Of a stretch of DNA of 64,000 bases, positions 19,385-29,662 are shown one piece after another. This stretch comes from Bdellovibrionota bacterium (GTDB lineage: Bacteria; Bdellovibrionota_C; UBA2361; JBGSMV01), in assembly GCA_041739995.1 (NCBI GenBank), contig JBGSMV010000061.1:32001-96000 (forward strand), written 5' to 3'. How positions within the stretch are numbered: position 1 is the first letter of the stretch; every line of letters begins with the position of its first letter. The translations under genes were made by a program, and so were the position numbers. The notes beneath the pieces were generated by a model. It ran no database searches and was not told where the DNA came from. It saw only the letters and a program-made list of their open reading frames with translations.

Positions 19385-19411
19385 TAAGACTTAGAGCTAC
19401 TCTTCTTGTCC

Positions 19412-21589
19412 TTAGTTATTATTGTGCGTGCGGGTACCGACTAACACCAGCTTCTGCCCCTGAGGTCCTTTCGGGCCGAGCGCGAGTTCTAACGGACCGA
19501 TGCCGAGTACCTTATCCTCAAGAGTAAAATTTACGGCTTCAGCGCTGAGATTGGCGAGTACCAGCGCGCCACTAAATTTCTGATCTTGGGTTGCCAGCGC
19601 ATCGGGGGGACTCAGAGCGAATCCTACCCAGGGCACCTCGAAAGCAGCTGTCGTGGTGGTTGAGCGGAGAGGGGTCATTCTAAGGTCATCACCGTACAAG
19701 GTTCGGAGTTTTCGGGCTTGTAGCAGCGAGAAGTGCACGTGCTCCCCAAACTCTGAGAAGATACCGCGCCAATCAATCGTGCTGGAATGTGCGAATGAAA
19801 TCATCTTTCCGTCTTCAGCGCAGGGCGACTTAAATTGCGCCTCCGTACCGGCGTATAAACAAAGCGGACCGGGCTGCAGAATAGTCAGAAACAGTGCGCC
19901 CCACACCCAGTCACCAAGTTCTCGCCACGGAGCGGGTCGATCGTGTTGTCCGACAAACGTGACGGTTCCAGCGCCTCCTCTTTGCCATTGAAGAAACTCC
20001 GCGCGCTGCAGGGCGAGGCCAATTCGCTCAGGATCTTGCGATTTGAGCGCTTGAAACCACCCCACATGTTCATGACCACCCCGCACTCGAATGTCGTCAA
20101 GGTTGTAGATCAAATCGATCCCAGCGGCTGAAAGGTGCTCAAATTCGACTGAGGTACCTCCTAGCACCTCTCCAAGTACCGCAACTGCCCGATTCTCTCG
20201 CTTCAGGTTCTCAGTGAGTTCGGCGAGGAATTCCTTGCTCGGAAGCTCGCAGGCAAGCTCATCACCCCAGCACGCGGAGAGGTTGGTGTGGAGAATATGG
20301 TGCGACATATCAATACGTAGGCCGTGGATGCCGTATTCGCGAACCAGATTCCGTGCCCAACCAATTACTCGTGAGCGAGTCTCGGGATTTGAGAGATCTA
20401 ATTGCAGAGTGTCAGAGAAGTAGTGTCGCCCAGAATAATCTTGGTAGCCTCCATGTCGAATCCAGAATCTTCCTTCTGTTGGGTGGTCAAGCTCATAATA
20501 GCCGGTGAGGTCGCTTGGTTCGTGACGCACATGCACATAAAGGGAAGGGTCTTCCCGCACAAGATCTGCATCTACTGAGGTGTGATTGGGGACAAATTCG
20601 AAGATTGTCCGAATGCCGTGGCGCTGGCCCGCGGCAATCACGCCCTTTACTTCCTCAAGTGATCCGAGTTCAGGATCGACTTCATAGCGGCGGATAGAAA
20701 AAGGGGACCCGCCTCCATCACCTTTGCAGTTCTCTTGCCCGCGTGGATAGGTGCCCATGACACGAAGAGCATTAAAGCCATAGTCCTTGAGCAATAGGAG
20801 ATCGCTTTCGGAGAGATCTCGAAACCATTGGGGCGAGCGGGCTTCATCACACTCCGAGGTCTCGGTTGCAAGCATCTCATCACCGTAGGCTGCTCTTCTT
20901 GCCGCCAGTGGTGTGGCAGAAGTGTAGGCATGATAGGCCCGCAGAGAGCGAGTCCATTGGGCTCCATCGTTCGCACGAAGTAACCCTTGCAGCTCGATTG
21001 TGGTCAATTCGGTGAGGTGCAGAAGCTGCCTAAGGCGCACATCATCTGGAGCTTTGCTGTCTTCTAGATCGCCTAAGGCGTGCAGAAGTGGGCGCAGCCA
21101 TGCAACAGGTCGCGCGAGATCACGTAGGTAATCTATATAGTGCGGAAGCAAAGCCTGGCTCGCTTCGTCACCATAACACTGCCGAAAGAACCGCTCTCCG
21201 AACACAAAGCCCTCAAGTCCTGGGTTGTTGGCTTGCATGACTGGGTTGCCTTGGAGACGAAATATATAGGGCAAGGTCTGGAGGCTGGAGCTTGCACGTG
21301 AATCTGCGGGCCCGTGGCCGATTGATAGGACTGTTCGAAGTTCGGCAAGCAAGGCCAGGGGAGCGGCGGCCTCAATCCAAGTGCTTTGTTGTGTCAGTAA
21401 TTCGGAAACCCTCGTGCCAGCAGGGTCTTTCGGGAATTGTAGGTTGTTAAACGCGAAGATTTGCGAAGCAGCGAAGCGTTGGAGCGCATCATTGGTTGAT
21501 GGTTGGGAGAGGCCCGAAACACCAGGGGGCACTGAGAGCGAAAGTCGCGGTCCTTGGTCAGATCCCTGATTATGGTAAATATCAGTCAT
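19412..21589 (-). CDS. GH13 alpha-amylase family protein with long N-terminal extension
   Basis: GSPFSI..Y.VDPELG, FVPNHTS, GLRIDMSH (nucleophile), LGEV (acid/base), GQHD. Confidence 0.85.
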   Translation of the reverse strand: MTDIYHNQGSDQGPRLSLSVPPGVSGLSQPSTNDALQRFAASQIFAFNNLQFPKDPAGTRVSELLTQQSTWIEAAAPLALLAELRTVLSIGHGPADSRASSSLQTLPYIFRLQGNPVMQANNPGLEGFVFGERFFRQCYGDEASQALLPHYIDYLRDLARPVAWLRPLLHALGDLEDSKAPDDVRLRQLLHLTELTTIELQGLLRANDGAQWTRSLRAYHAYTSATPLAARRAAYGDEMLATETSECDEARSPQWFRDLSESDLLLLKDYGFNALRVMGTYPRGQENCKGDGGGSPFSIRRYEVDPELGSLEEVKGVIAAGQRHGIRTIFEFVPNHTSVDADLVREDPSLYVHVRHEPSDLTGYYELDHPTEGRFWIRHGGYQDYSGRHYFSDTLQLDLSNPETRSRVIGWARNLVREYGIHGLRIDMSHHILHTNLSACWGDELACELPSKEFLAELTENLKRENRAVAVLGEVLGGTSVEFEHLSAAGIDLIYNLDDIRVRGGHEHVGWFQALKSQDPERIGLALQRAEFLQWQRGGAGTVTFVGQHDRPAPWRELGDWVWGALFLTILQPGPLCLYAGTEAQFKSPCAEDGKMISFAHSSTIDWRGIFSEFGEHVHFSLLQARKLRTLYGDDLRMTPLRSTTTTAAFEVPWVGFALSPPDALATQDQKFSGALVLANLSAEAVNFTLEDKVLGIGPLELALGPKGPQGQKLVLVGTRTHNNN

Positions 21590-21887
21590 CTAGGGGTGCA
21601 TCAAAATAGGATAGAGTCACAGCCTCTATGAACGTAGCGAGCTCTCGCAATCTAACCAAGACGTAATCTATCAGACGGGAGGCCCAGACCGGGCACGCAG
21701 CTGGAAAGGGTATGCGAGAGCTTCTTTTTCGTTAGTAGCTCGTATCGATTGCCTTTTAGGCCCAGCTCGATAGTATCCGCTGCGATACCCAGCGCAGCGA
21801 GTGGCTGCGAGGTAAAGTGCTCCCCGGAGAACTTGGTGTCGAGTCTCCAGAGCATCACAAGAATATTTCAAAAGATCGGAGTTGATT

Positions 21888-22022
21888 ATGGGAAAAGGGG
21901 ACGGAAGATCTCGTAAGGGAAAAATCTTCAAGAAGAGCTTTGGAAAAACTAGACGGCCGGCAAAGAACCGAGCGGTTACTGCAGCCAAGGCTGCAGCCAG
22001 CACCGGAAAAAAATCTAAGTAA
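21888..22022 (+). CDS. thx: 30S ribosomal protein bTHX (not in the ORF track)
   Basis: Own translation MGKGDGRSRKGKIFKKSFGKTRRPAKNRAVTAAKAAASTGKKSK matches the THX pattern MGKGD..(T/S).(R/K)GKI...(S/T)(F/Y)GK.R; GGAG SD upstream. Confidence 0.88.
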   Translation: MGKGDGRSRKGKIFKKSFGKTRRPAKNRAVTAAKAAASTGKKSK

Positions 22023-22073
22023 TAACCGATCGAACGCGGTAGCGGAAAACCCACCGAATAGGTCGCTGGGAAG

Positions 22074-23540
22074 TTATCCGAGGCGCAGTAGATCCGTGAG
22101 GGTAATAGCGAGCGCACGTAAGTGCAGCTGGTGCTGTTGTTCCGAGCCTGAAAATACTAATTCTGGAATCTCCAGATAGAGCACCCCTACGCGCTGAGAG
22201 TACCCAAACACCGCGCCAAGTAGGGCGATAGAACTTTCCTCCACGTGAATGCCTGTCTTGGAGATGGGCTCATCGCTCTTATAAGTCATTGCAACAAAGT
22301 CAGAGTTCTCAGAGAGCTCAAGCGAGACCGCTTCGAAGGCTCTAGCTTTGATCACTCCTATCTGCAACTGAGGAGTAAGTGAGAGCGTTGACGGGTCGAC
22401 GGTGTATACGGCACCGCCTGAAAATCCTGAGTTGGGAACTGTAACCTGCGAAAATTTTCGAAGCAGCGCCTGAGTCGACTGACCTTCTGCGAGACCATGA
22501 TACAGTTCCAATATGCGCTCTTGGACGTGCAATCGGCAGGCTTTAAGCAACGGATTGTGAGCACCCATCTGATCTTCGCGGTGTCGCGCAAGGAATGCTT
22601 CCGGGTCAAGAATCGTCCCACCTCGGAAGAATGAGGGCATGTCAACCATGAGGTGCTCAAAGCGATTCTCTATCGCTTCGCGAATAGTGGCGAGTCCCGC
22701 GGGCCCTAAGCGTTTGGTAATTTCTTGTCTCGCAAACTCCCAGTCTGCTTGAGCGGTAGGGTAGGTCGACGGTTCATTTGCCCGAGAAAGCGCTTCGCCG
22801 ACACGACACAATTCGCGAAGAGAATTTCCGAGTGCGTTGACCTCCATCTCCCGTTCAAGTTCTTCATGTTCATTGCCACCATCACTGAGCAAGGAGCAAA
22901 GCCCCGTCGGGAGTTCCCACTGTTTGGCAAGAGCTCCGGCCAGCGTGGCGGGAGAAAATCCTAAAATGTCCGATATGGCTTGATCGAGAGATGTTCCTTC
23001 CTTCGCCGCGCGAGTAGCGCGTTGGTAGACCCCTGGGTAGTTGAACGCAATCAGCGTAAGCCCAAGTTGGCGCAAGAGCCCTGCAAAAAATCCTAACTCT
23101 TTGTTTTCCAGCTGTGCCTCAGCGAGCGTGGCCGAAGCGCTGGCGCTTACCATGGCCTCTCTCATGCGGCTTAGTTGCTCGGTTTCGACGTTGTCGAGGC
23201 GATGAGCTGATAGCTTCTCTTCAGCGTCATTGAGAATTGCTTTTAGTCCGTCCACGCCGGCTTTCTCTAGAATCTCGCGAGGACTTGCAAAGTCAGGGAG
23301 GGCGATGCCTTCGGCGCTTACCATTCGCAGCACTTCTTTCATGGCGAACATAAACAGAGAGAAGTCTCCCTCGAGAATATCCAGCGCAGCATCGAGCGGA
23401 GCTTCACGGCTGTCGTCTGAAAGAACATCGCGAAGCTCTGAGAGCATGCGTGGGTTTGCAGGAAACCACAGGTCGCTGACATGACGGCAGGCGCGATCAA
23501 TACGCCGTGCAACGCCGGTTTGAGGAGTGATTTCCTTCAT
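22074..23540 (-). CDS. HDOD domain signalling protein with C-terminal GAF-like region
   Basis: FFAGLLRQLGLTLI, LGFSPATLAGALAKQWELP typical of HDOD; VGVLYLE GAF-like strand. Confidence 0.7.
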   Translation of the reverse strand: MKEITPQTGVARRIDRACRHVSDLWFPANPRMLSELRDVLSDDSREAPLDAALDILEGDFSLFMFAMKEVLRMVSAEGIALPDFASPREILEKAGVDGLKAILNDAEEKLSAHRLDNVETEQLSRMREAMVSASASATLAEAQLENKELGFFAGLLRQLGLTLIAFNYPGVYQRATRAAKEGTSLDQAISDILGFSPATLAGALAKQWELPTGLCSLLSDGGNEHEELEREMEVNALGNSLRELCRVGEALSRANEPSTYPTAQADWEFARQEITKRLGPAGLATIREAIENRFEHLMVDMPSFFRGGTILDPEAFLARHREDQMGAHNPLLKACRLHVQERILELYHGLAEGQSTQALLRKFSQVTVPNSGFSGGAVYTVDPSTLSLTPQLQIGVIKARAFEAVSLELSENSDFVAMTYKSDEPISKTGIHVEESSIALLGAVFGYSQRVGVLYLEIPELVFSGSEQQHQLHLRALAITLTDLLRLG

Positions 23541-23753
23541 ACATGAGTTCTCGGCACAATCGCGCTGGAGGTAAACATCATTCGCAATATGTAACTGTTT
23601 GAGATAACTTACTTTTAGTGATATCTGTGAACCATTTTCCGAAATTTGCTTAGATGTTACCCGCGCCCGTCTGAGAGCGCTCGCGGAGAATTTGCGAGGA
23701 CTCGGCTTTTATCTCAGTGTCGTTTTTTAAGGCCGTTTTTTAAGGAGTGTCGA

Positions 23754-24317
23754 GTGAAGATTAAGCTACGTTCATTTGGATTGGTTCTTTTGGGACTTTG
23801 CGTATTTTCGGGAGTTGTCTGCTCAGAAGTTGCCTGGAGTGACTCTCGCGAGGTCAGAGATCAGATTTTCGAGGCCATTGAGCACGAGGCGGACTTCGGA
23901 GCTTACGAGCTTGAGGTGGAAGTTAGGCAGGGAAACGTTATCCTCCTCGGTACGGTGGCTTCGGATGAAGCGCGTAATCGGCTCGAGAAAATTTCAGTAA
24001 ATATTCCCGGAGTAAAGTCGGTCTCTAATCAAGTGCAAGTGAATTCAAACTTGAATCTTCACTCGGGACCTTCTTCGATGGAGTTGGCAGAGCGGGTGCG
24101 TGAGCGTGTTCTTGCGGAACAGAAGCTCTCGTCTTTTGAGCTGAGTGTTAACGCCAAGGGAGATCGTATTACCTTGAGTGGCTCAGTTGGAAGTAGCGAA
24201 GATGCGGCGCTGATCGCGCGCATCGCGGCCTCCGTCCCTGGTGTGAGTGACGTCTCCAATAAGTTGGTGGTATCGGGTAATCTGCGCGGCTCCACTAAGA
24301 CGAGCGGTTCGGATTAG
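23754..24317 (+). CDS. BON domain protein (two BON domains)
   Basis: TAAGGAG SD plus GTG; signal peptide; two G.V.L.G.V...PGV..VSN repeats. Confidence 0.9.
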   Translation: MKIKLRSFGLVLLGLCVFSGVVCSEVAWSDSREVRDQIFEAIEHEADFGAYELEVEVRQGNVILLGTVASDEARNRLEKISVNIPGVKSVSNQVQVNSNLNLHSGPSSMELAERVRERVLAEQKLSSFELSVNAKGDRITLSGSVGSSEDAALIARIAASVPGVSDVSNKLVVSGNLRGSTKTSGSD

Positions 24318-24384
24318 GCCTTGAGCGAATTATGGAGGCGCTTGGGAGAGAAGTGTCTAATTTCATTTTGCGGACATATCACTG

Positions 24385-25374
24385 ATGCGAATTCTTGTTA
24401 CAGGTGGGGCCGGGTACATCGGTAGTCATACGGTGCGTGTTCTGTGCAACCGAGGACATCAAGTAACCGTGCTTGATAATCTAAGTGCTGGACATAAGGC
24501 TGCGGTTGACCCGCGCGCTACTTTCGTGAAAGCAGACATTGCGGAGCGCGAAAAGGTATCTGCACTGCTGACGAAGTCTCAAATTGAAGGGGTAATTCAT
24601 TTTGCGGCCTCGCTTAGTGTGGCCGAATCGGTGCGCGATCCACTTAAGTACTGGAGAAATAACGTGGCAGGTACTGTGGAGCTGCTTGCTGCCATGGGTG
24701 ACGCATCAGTTAAGCGCCTGGTTTTCTCTTCGACAGCGGCCACCTATGGCACGCCTGACGTACCCAGTATTTCCGAGGAGACCCCACAGTCTCCGATCAA
24801 TCCTTATGGACACTCAAAGCTTGCGATGGAGCGATCGATTCAAGATACGGTTATCGCGCATCAGCTCGGAGCTATATCTTTGCGCTATTTCAATGCGGCG
24901 GGTGCCGCGGCTGACGGTTCTCTCGGAGAAGATCATCGGCCTGAAGAGCACCTTATTCCAGTGATATTGGAAGTAGCTCTTAAGAAGCGAGAGCATATCA
25001 AAATCTTCGGCACCGATTTTCCTACCGCTGACGGTACCTGTGTGCGCGATTTTATTCACGTTGATGATCTTGCTGAGGCGCACGTGCTTGCGCTTGAGGC
25101 CACCTCGCCTGGGAAATATAGAGCTTACAATGTGGCCACGGGGATTGGACACTCGGTTCGTGAGGTCATCGAAGAGGCTCGTCGCGTGACGGGGCTTCCT
25201 ATTGCCAGCATCGATGCGCCGCGCAGGGAAGGAGATCCTCCGGTGCTGGTTGCGAATTCGCAGAGGTTGATGAGCGAGCTGGGGTGGAAGCCGCAATTGG
25301 CTGAGCTTTCGCACATTATAGAAACTGCGTGGCGTTGGATGCAGCAGCATCCTCAGGGATACGAGCCCACTTAG
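24385..25374 (+). CDS. galE: UDP-glucose 4-epimerase
   Basis: GGAGYIGSH, FSSTAATYG, YGHSK, LRYFNAAGA, DGTCVRDFIHV. Confidence 0.96.
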   Translation: MRILVTGGAGYIGSHTVRVLCNRGHQVTVLDNLSAGHKAAVDPRATFVKADIAEREKVSALLTKSQIEGVIHFAASLSVAESVRDPLKYWRNNVAGTVELLAAMGDASVKRLVFSSTAATYGTPDVPSISEETPQSPINPYGHSKLAMERSIQDTVIAHQLGAISLRYFNAAGAAADGSLGEDHRPEEHLIPVILEVALKKREHIKIFGTDFPTADGTCVRDFIHVDDLAEAHVLALEATSPGKYRAYNVATGIGHSVREVIEEARRVTGLPIASIDAPRREGDPPVLVANSQRLMSELGWKPQLAELSHIIETAWRWMQQHPQGYEPT

Positions 25375-25526
25375 TGTCCTGAATGATGAGTTCGATGACT
25401 AAATCTCGCTGCGCTCGCTGATCTCTTTGTGAATATTTAATTTGACAATGAGTTCAGCGAGAATGGCGAGATGGATGCTCAAATGAGCTTCCCAGGATAT
25501 TAGATTAGCTTTTAAGAAGTGGTGGT

Positions 25527-26426
25527 ATGGCGGACTTGCTGTGGGGGATTGACCTCGGCGGAACCAAGATAGAAGGAGTAGTGACCTCCCGTGAATCACC
25601 CACCAGTCCTCTTGTGCGGCTGCGGGTTCCGACCGAATCAGATCGCGGTTATCAGCATGTACTCTCGCAAGTTCGTGGCTTGCTGGAGTCCATGGCCCAA
25701 GCTGTTGGTAGTCGACCAAAAGTAGTGGGTTTTGGTACTCCAGGAACAGTCGACCCTCAGAGTAAAACCTTAAAGAACTCAAATACACTTTGCTTGAATA
25801 AGATGCCGCTCGGCGCCGATCTCTCCACCGCACTTGGTGTGGACGTGCGAATTTCAAACGACGCGAACTGTTTTGCTCTGGCCGAGGCGCAGTGGGGAGC
25901 CGGGAAGGGCGCGCAGGTGGTGTTTGGAGTCATTCTTGGCACCGGGGTCGGAGGGGGAATCGTCGTCGACGGCCGTGTGTGGGGAGGGGCTCAAGGTAAC
26001 GGCGGAGAGTGGGGGCACAATGTGCTTATCGAAGGGGGAACTCCCTGTTACTGCGGGAAGGCAGGATGCGTGGAAGGCGTTATTTCTGGTCCGGCCTTGG
26101 AGACCTGGTATGCGGAGCGTTCGGGAGAACGACGATCGCTTAACGAGATCTTTCAGAGAGCGGAGGAGGGAAGCGACGCGGCGGCTCAGCAGACGCGGCA
26201 GCGTCTATGTAGTGAGTTTGGGCGCGCTATATCTGTGGTAATCAATATTCTTGATCCCGAAGTAATTGTGCTTGGCGGCGGAGTAAGTCGAGTGAGTGAT
26301 TTATACGTGGCTGGAATTGAGTCCGCAAAGAAGTACGTGTTCAATGATCGCTTTGATACAAAAATCGTACAGCACGAACTGGGCGACAGTGCTGGGGTGT
26401 ATGGTGCGGCGGCGCTTTCGCAGTAG
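25527..26426 (+). CDS. ROK family sugar kinase (fructokinase/Mak-like)
   Basis: GIDLGGTKIE, NDANCFALAE, GTGVGGG, GEWGH, CYCGKAGCVE. Confidence 0.92.
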   Translation: MADLLWGIDLGGTKIEGVVTSRESPTSPLVRLRVPTESDRGYQHVLSQVRGLLESMAQAVGSRPKVVGFGTPGTVDPQSKTLKNSNTLCLNKMPLGADLSTALGVDVRISNDANCFALAEAQWGAGKGAQVVFGVILGTGVGGGIVVDGRVWGGAQGNGGEWGHNVLIEGGTPCYCGKAGCVEGVISGPALETWYAERSGERRSLNEIFQRAEEGSDAAAQQTRQRLCSEFGRAISVVINILDPEVIVLGGGVSRVSDLYVAGIESAKKYVFNDRFDTKIVQHELGDSAGVYGAAALSQ

Positions 26427-26590
26427 GGCACTCAATCGGCGCAGGCAATCGCTAACTTACTGTAATTCATTGCAATTATGGCACGCGCGCGACGAAACCA
26501 CAGAACCATAGTGGCGAGAAATGCTGTTTTGAATTACGGAGTCAGGACAGGTAGGCTGCACCGCACCTTCAGCCTGAGGGCGTTTTGTAG

Positions 26591-28402
26591 TTGTTGTATC
26601 TTATGCCGACCCCACAGGAAGAGTCTCTCCCGTTAGATCCTGGCAGGACCCCACCTCCATCTGAGGTGATTCCTCCTGATCCAGGGCTTGGCGCCGACGC
26701 CGAGCCGCCGGAGCCTGGTGAAGTTGGATTCCATGCCGGGCCACTTTCGCAGTACTCATTTAGTCTGCCGCCTGGGGTGCAAACTCCTTTACGACAAGAT
26801 GAGCTCGGGCAGGCACTTTTCTTTGAGCGCTGTCGAGCTCTTGGCGAAATTGAGCTGAACGGTGACGCAGTACATACGCTCGCGAAGCGCTACGAGCCAG
26901 TAGTGCGAGCGCATTATCTCGCAGCTTACTTAGAGGCGGGCGAGGCAGATCGCTTCGATGTTAGGGTTCGCGCAGCTTCTACCAGTGAGGAAGGATTAAC
27001 CACGTTGCTAGTTACTTTTGAGGATACTGACACAGGCAATTTCGTGCTGCCGCGACGGACTTCAGTCAGCAGCCCCGAGGGAAAGAGTTGGACTTGTGAG
27101 GTGGAAGGGGGTTCTTCTTTTTTTCAAGGTATTCTCCTGACTCATGTGGGGAGGCGCCAACTCGATGACGACAAAGTTACTATTCGATTTCGAGAGAGCT
27201 ATCTCTGCCCAAGTTTCTTGGTGAGCGCTGAACTTGCGAGGTTGTCTTGGGGCGATTGGCGCAGCCCATTCTCAAGCGAGTTTGAGGATGTTCTATCCGG
27301 ATATGGGCATTCGCTTAAGGAGGTAGTGCGAGTCAAGACTGCTGCAGATCCAATGTTCTCCCCGACCTTCATGCGATATCTGCTGGCAACAGATGATAGC
27401 GTCTTTTTCATTGGTCTTGGTGACATGAACGGTGTGGGTGTGGTGCGCACCGAGTTCGGTTTTCAGTTTAAAAGACCGCTTGTCGGTGTTCTCCAGATCG
27501 CGCCGCGACCTAATGGCAAATCAGAAAGTATTGTTTCGGTAATTAGCGATATTTCTGAGGCAGACGGCGATGTGGCTCTAGAGTCGACAGAGAGCCAGGA
27601 TCAATATCATCTGAGTAATTTGGTTCAATTGTTGAAAGAAGAGCTTCAACACAGAGTCGGCAAAGGGCTTTGGAAGGATGATTGGAAGTTGGATGTCCAT
27701 GAGCCAAGAGTTACTCCTTCTGGAGCGATTCGGTTGGCAGTGTCTATCGAAGATTCAAATGGACGCTATCAGTTGCCATGGCTGGGTGAACAGGCGGTCG
27801 GCCGCGTGCTGGAAAGCGAGAGCTTTATTGGCATCGGAGTTGAAATGAAGCTGCCTGAAAGTCTTCTGCCGTCAATAGCTGAGACTGTCTCTGATTCCGA
27901 CCAAGAGCCGTCGGGGGCGGTAGACATCAACATTAGTCATGCGTACCTCACACAGCAGCTGATGGATAATGAAGTGTCTCGTCTTTCGCACCGGCAAGTA
28001 ACTCCGCTTCCTAAGGGAGCAGATGCGGAAATCATTGTCGCAGAATCTCCTTCAGACTTAGCAAGGAGCAGCGTGTTGTTCCCTGAGCTCCAGCGAGCGA
28101 TTGGTAAGGACCTGATAGGGATGGGCTCCGTTGCCCCAGCGCAGCTTGCGGCACTTAGGTTGAAAAACATTCTAGTGGGGCATGATAGAAAAGTTCCAGT
28201 GGCTGGAATAGTCGACGTTGACTACTACCTGGTGCATGTAGAGCATCAGTGGGGCACGCATATCGTGCGATTTTCGCGCATCGATGAGTTGGGCTGCGTG
28301 CCGTTTAAGGATGCGACCACTATAGTCGGTTTCTTCCCTCGCGAATTGAACTGCTGTCGGGATCTCTCTGGCGGGGGCGAAGACGAGGAAGCCACAGTAT
28401 AG
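26591..28402 (+). CDS. Hypothetical protein with an internally duplicated domain
   Basis: 603 aa ORF; two halves share FEDTDTGNFVLP/IEDSNGRYQLP, SFFQGI/SFIGI, ESYL/HAYL, ELARLS/EVSRLS. Confidence 0.7.
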   Translation: MLYLMPTPQEESLPLDPGRTPPPSEVIPPDPGLGADAEPPEPGEVGFHAGPLSQYSFSLPPGVQTPLRQDELGQALFFERCRALGEIELNGDAVHTLAKRYEPVVRAHYLAAYLEAGEADRFDVRVRAASTSEEGLTTLLVTFEDTDTGNFVLPRRTSVSSPEGKSWTCEVEGGSSFFQGILLTHVGRRQLDDDKVTIRFRESYLCPSFLVSAELARLSWGDWRSPFSSEFEDVLSGYGHSLKEVVRVKTAADPMFSPTFMRYLLATDDSVFFIGLGDMNGVGVVRTEFGFQFKRPLVGVLQIAPRPNGKSESIVSVISDISEADGDVALESTESQDQYHLSNLVQLLKEELQHRVGKGLWKDDWKLDVHEPRVTPSGAIRLAVSIEDSNGRYQLPWLGEQAVGRVLESESFIGIGVEMKLPESLLPSIAETVSDSDQEPSGAVDINISHAYLTQQLMDNEVSRLSHRQVTPLPKGADAEIIVAESPSDLARSSVLFPELQRAIGKDLIGMGSVAPAQLAALRLKNILVGHDRKVPVAGIVDVDYYLVHVEHQWGTHIVRFSRIDELGCVPFKDATTIVGFFPRELNCCRDLSGGGEDEEATV

Positions 28403-28480
28403 CGCCACTATACCAACCCTACATATCAAGAACTCCGCCGTATCAAGAAGTGGTCACACAAGAGACAGTGGCGAGGCGCC

Positions 28481-29449
28481 TTACTCCTTCGGGTCGCGAC
28501 TTCCGGCGATCAACTGGGTGATTTTTGAAAACCCTTCTGGGAGCGATCGCATAATATCGAGTAGCTCTATCGGGAAGAATACCACCGTATTCGACGAAGC
28601 GCTGCCGAGACCGTCAATGGTTTGTAGAGTGCGAAGCTTCATGGCGCCGGGACTATTCGTCATTGTCGCTGCAGCGTCAGAAAGATTAAGCGCCGCGAGC
28701 TTGTCACCTTCTGCTTTGGTGATGGTGGCGCGCTTTTCTCGTTCCGCGCTGGCCTGCCGACTCATCATGCGCTTAAGATCTTCAGGCACATCGACATCAA
28801 GCAATCGAACTGAGTCGACGTGAATACCTATCTCCTGAACGCGTTCTTCAAGGATATTTCCGACTGCGATCTGAATCTGTTCTCGCTCAGCGAGAAGCTC
28901 GTCAAGCTGCAATCCACCGACGACGTCTCTGAGCGCGGCTTGGGCATACTGAGAGGTCGCAAAGCGATAATCTTGAACTTCAACCAGAGCGCGCCCGGGG
29001 TCAGTGACCTGGAAAAACAGGGCACCATCAATCTGCACTGGGACGTTGTCTTTGGTGATGGCACGCTGCGCGGGGATCTCTAAGGCAAGCAGGCGAGTAT
29101 CGACGAATAGCGCGCTTTCGAGGCCGGGAATGACGTAGAACATTCCAGGACCGCGCGTCCCTACGTATTTACCGAGACGAAGTACCACGCCCTTCTCCCA
29201 CTGTGCGGCGACGCGGATACCAGGGACAAATACCGATACGAAGACGATTGAGAGCACCAACATGATCAGCCCACGCGGGTTGCTCCAGCTGATGCCATAA
29301 AAATGTTCGACGGCAAAAAATACAAATACTGAGAAGAGCACCCAAGCGATGGTGCGGATGGGGGCGCCGAGCGAAACGTGCTGGTTCTCCTGAGTTTCTA
29401 TTCCCGCCGGCAGATTTGGAGTTGGATGGACGGAGGAGATTTGGTTCAT
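28481..29449 (-). CDS. SPFH/stomatin (slipin) family protein
   Basis: WEKGVVLRLG, ITKDNVPV, AQAALRDVVG, QASAEREKRA; TAGGAG SD before ATG 29449. Confidence 0.92.
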   Translation of the reverse strand: MNQISSVHPTPNLPAGIETQENQHVSLGAPIRTIAWVLFSVFVFFAVEHFYGISWSNPRGLIMLVLSIVFVSVFVPGIRVAAQWEKGVVLRLGKYVGTRGPGMFYVIPGLESALFVDTRLLALEIPAQRAITKDNVPVQIDGALFFQVTDPGRALVEVQDYRFATSQYAQAALRDVVGGLQLDELLAEREQIQIAVGNILEERVQEIGIHVDSVRLLDVDVPEDLKRMMSRQASAEREKRATITKAEGDKLAALNLSDAAATMTNSPGAMKLRTLQTIDGLGSASSNTVVFFPIELLDIMRSLPEGFSKITQLIAGSRDPKE

Positions 29450-29662
29450 TTTGGTGGCTCCTAGGTAGTCTTGGCGCGGGGTCGTTTCGCTTACGGACCG
29501 CATCCTAAGCGGCCGTAACGACGTCGTTTTCGGCTGCTATCTTGAGGATAGCGGATTCATGGCCTTACTCAAGGACACAAATTTATAAGGGCTGGTAGTC
29601 GCCAATGAGCCTAGAGGAGCGCTTCGGAGGCGATGCTATCGATCGGCTGCGAACACCTAGGG

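Noticed and set aside
21671..22117. 148 aa minus-strand ORF
   Set aside because: Antisense shadow of the bTHX gene
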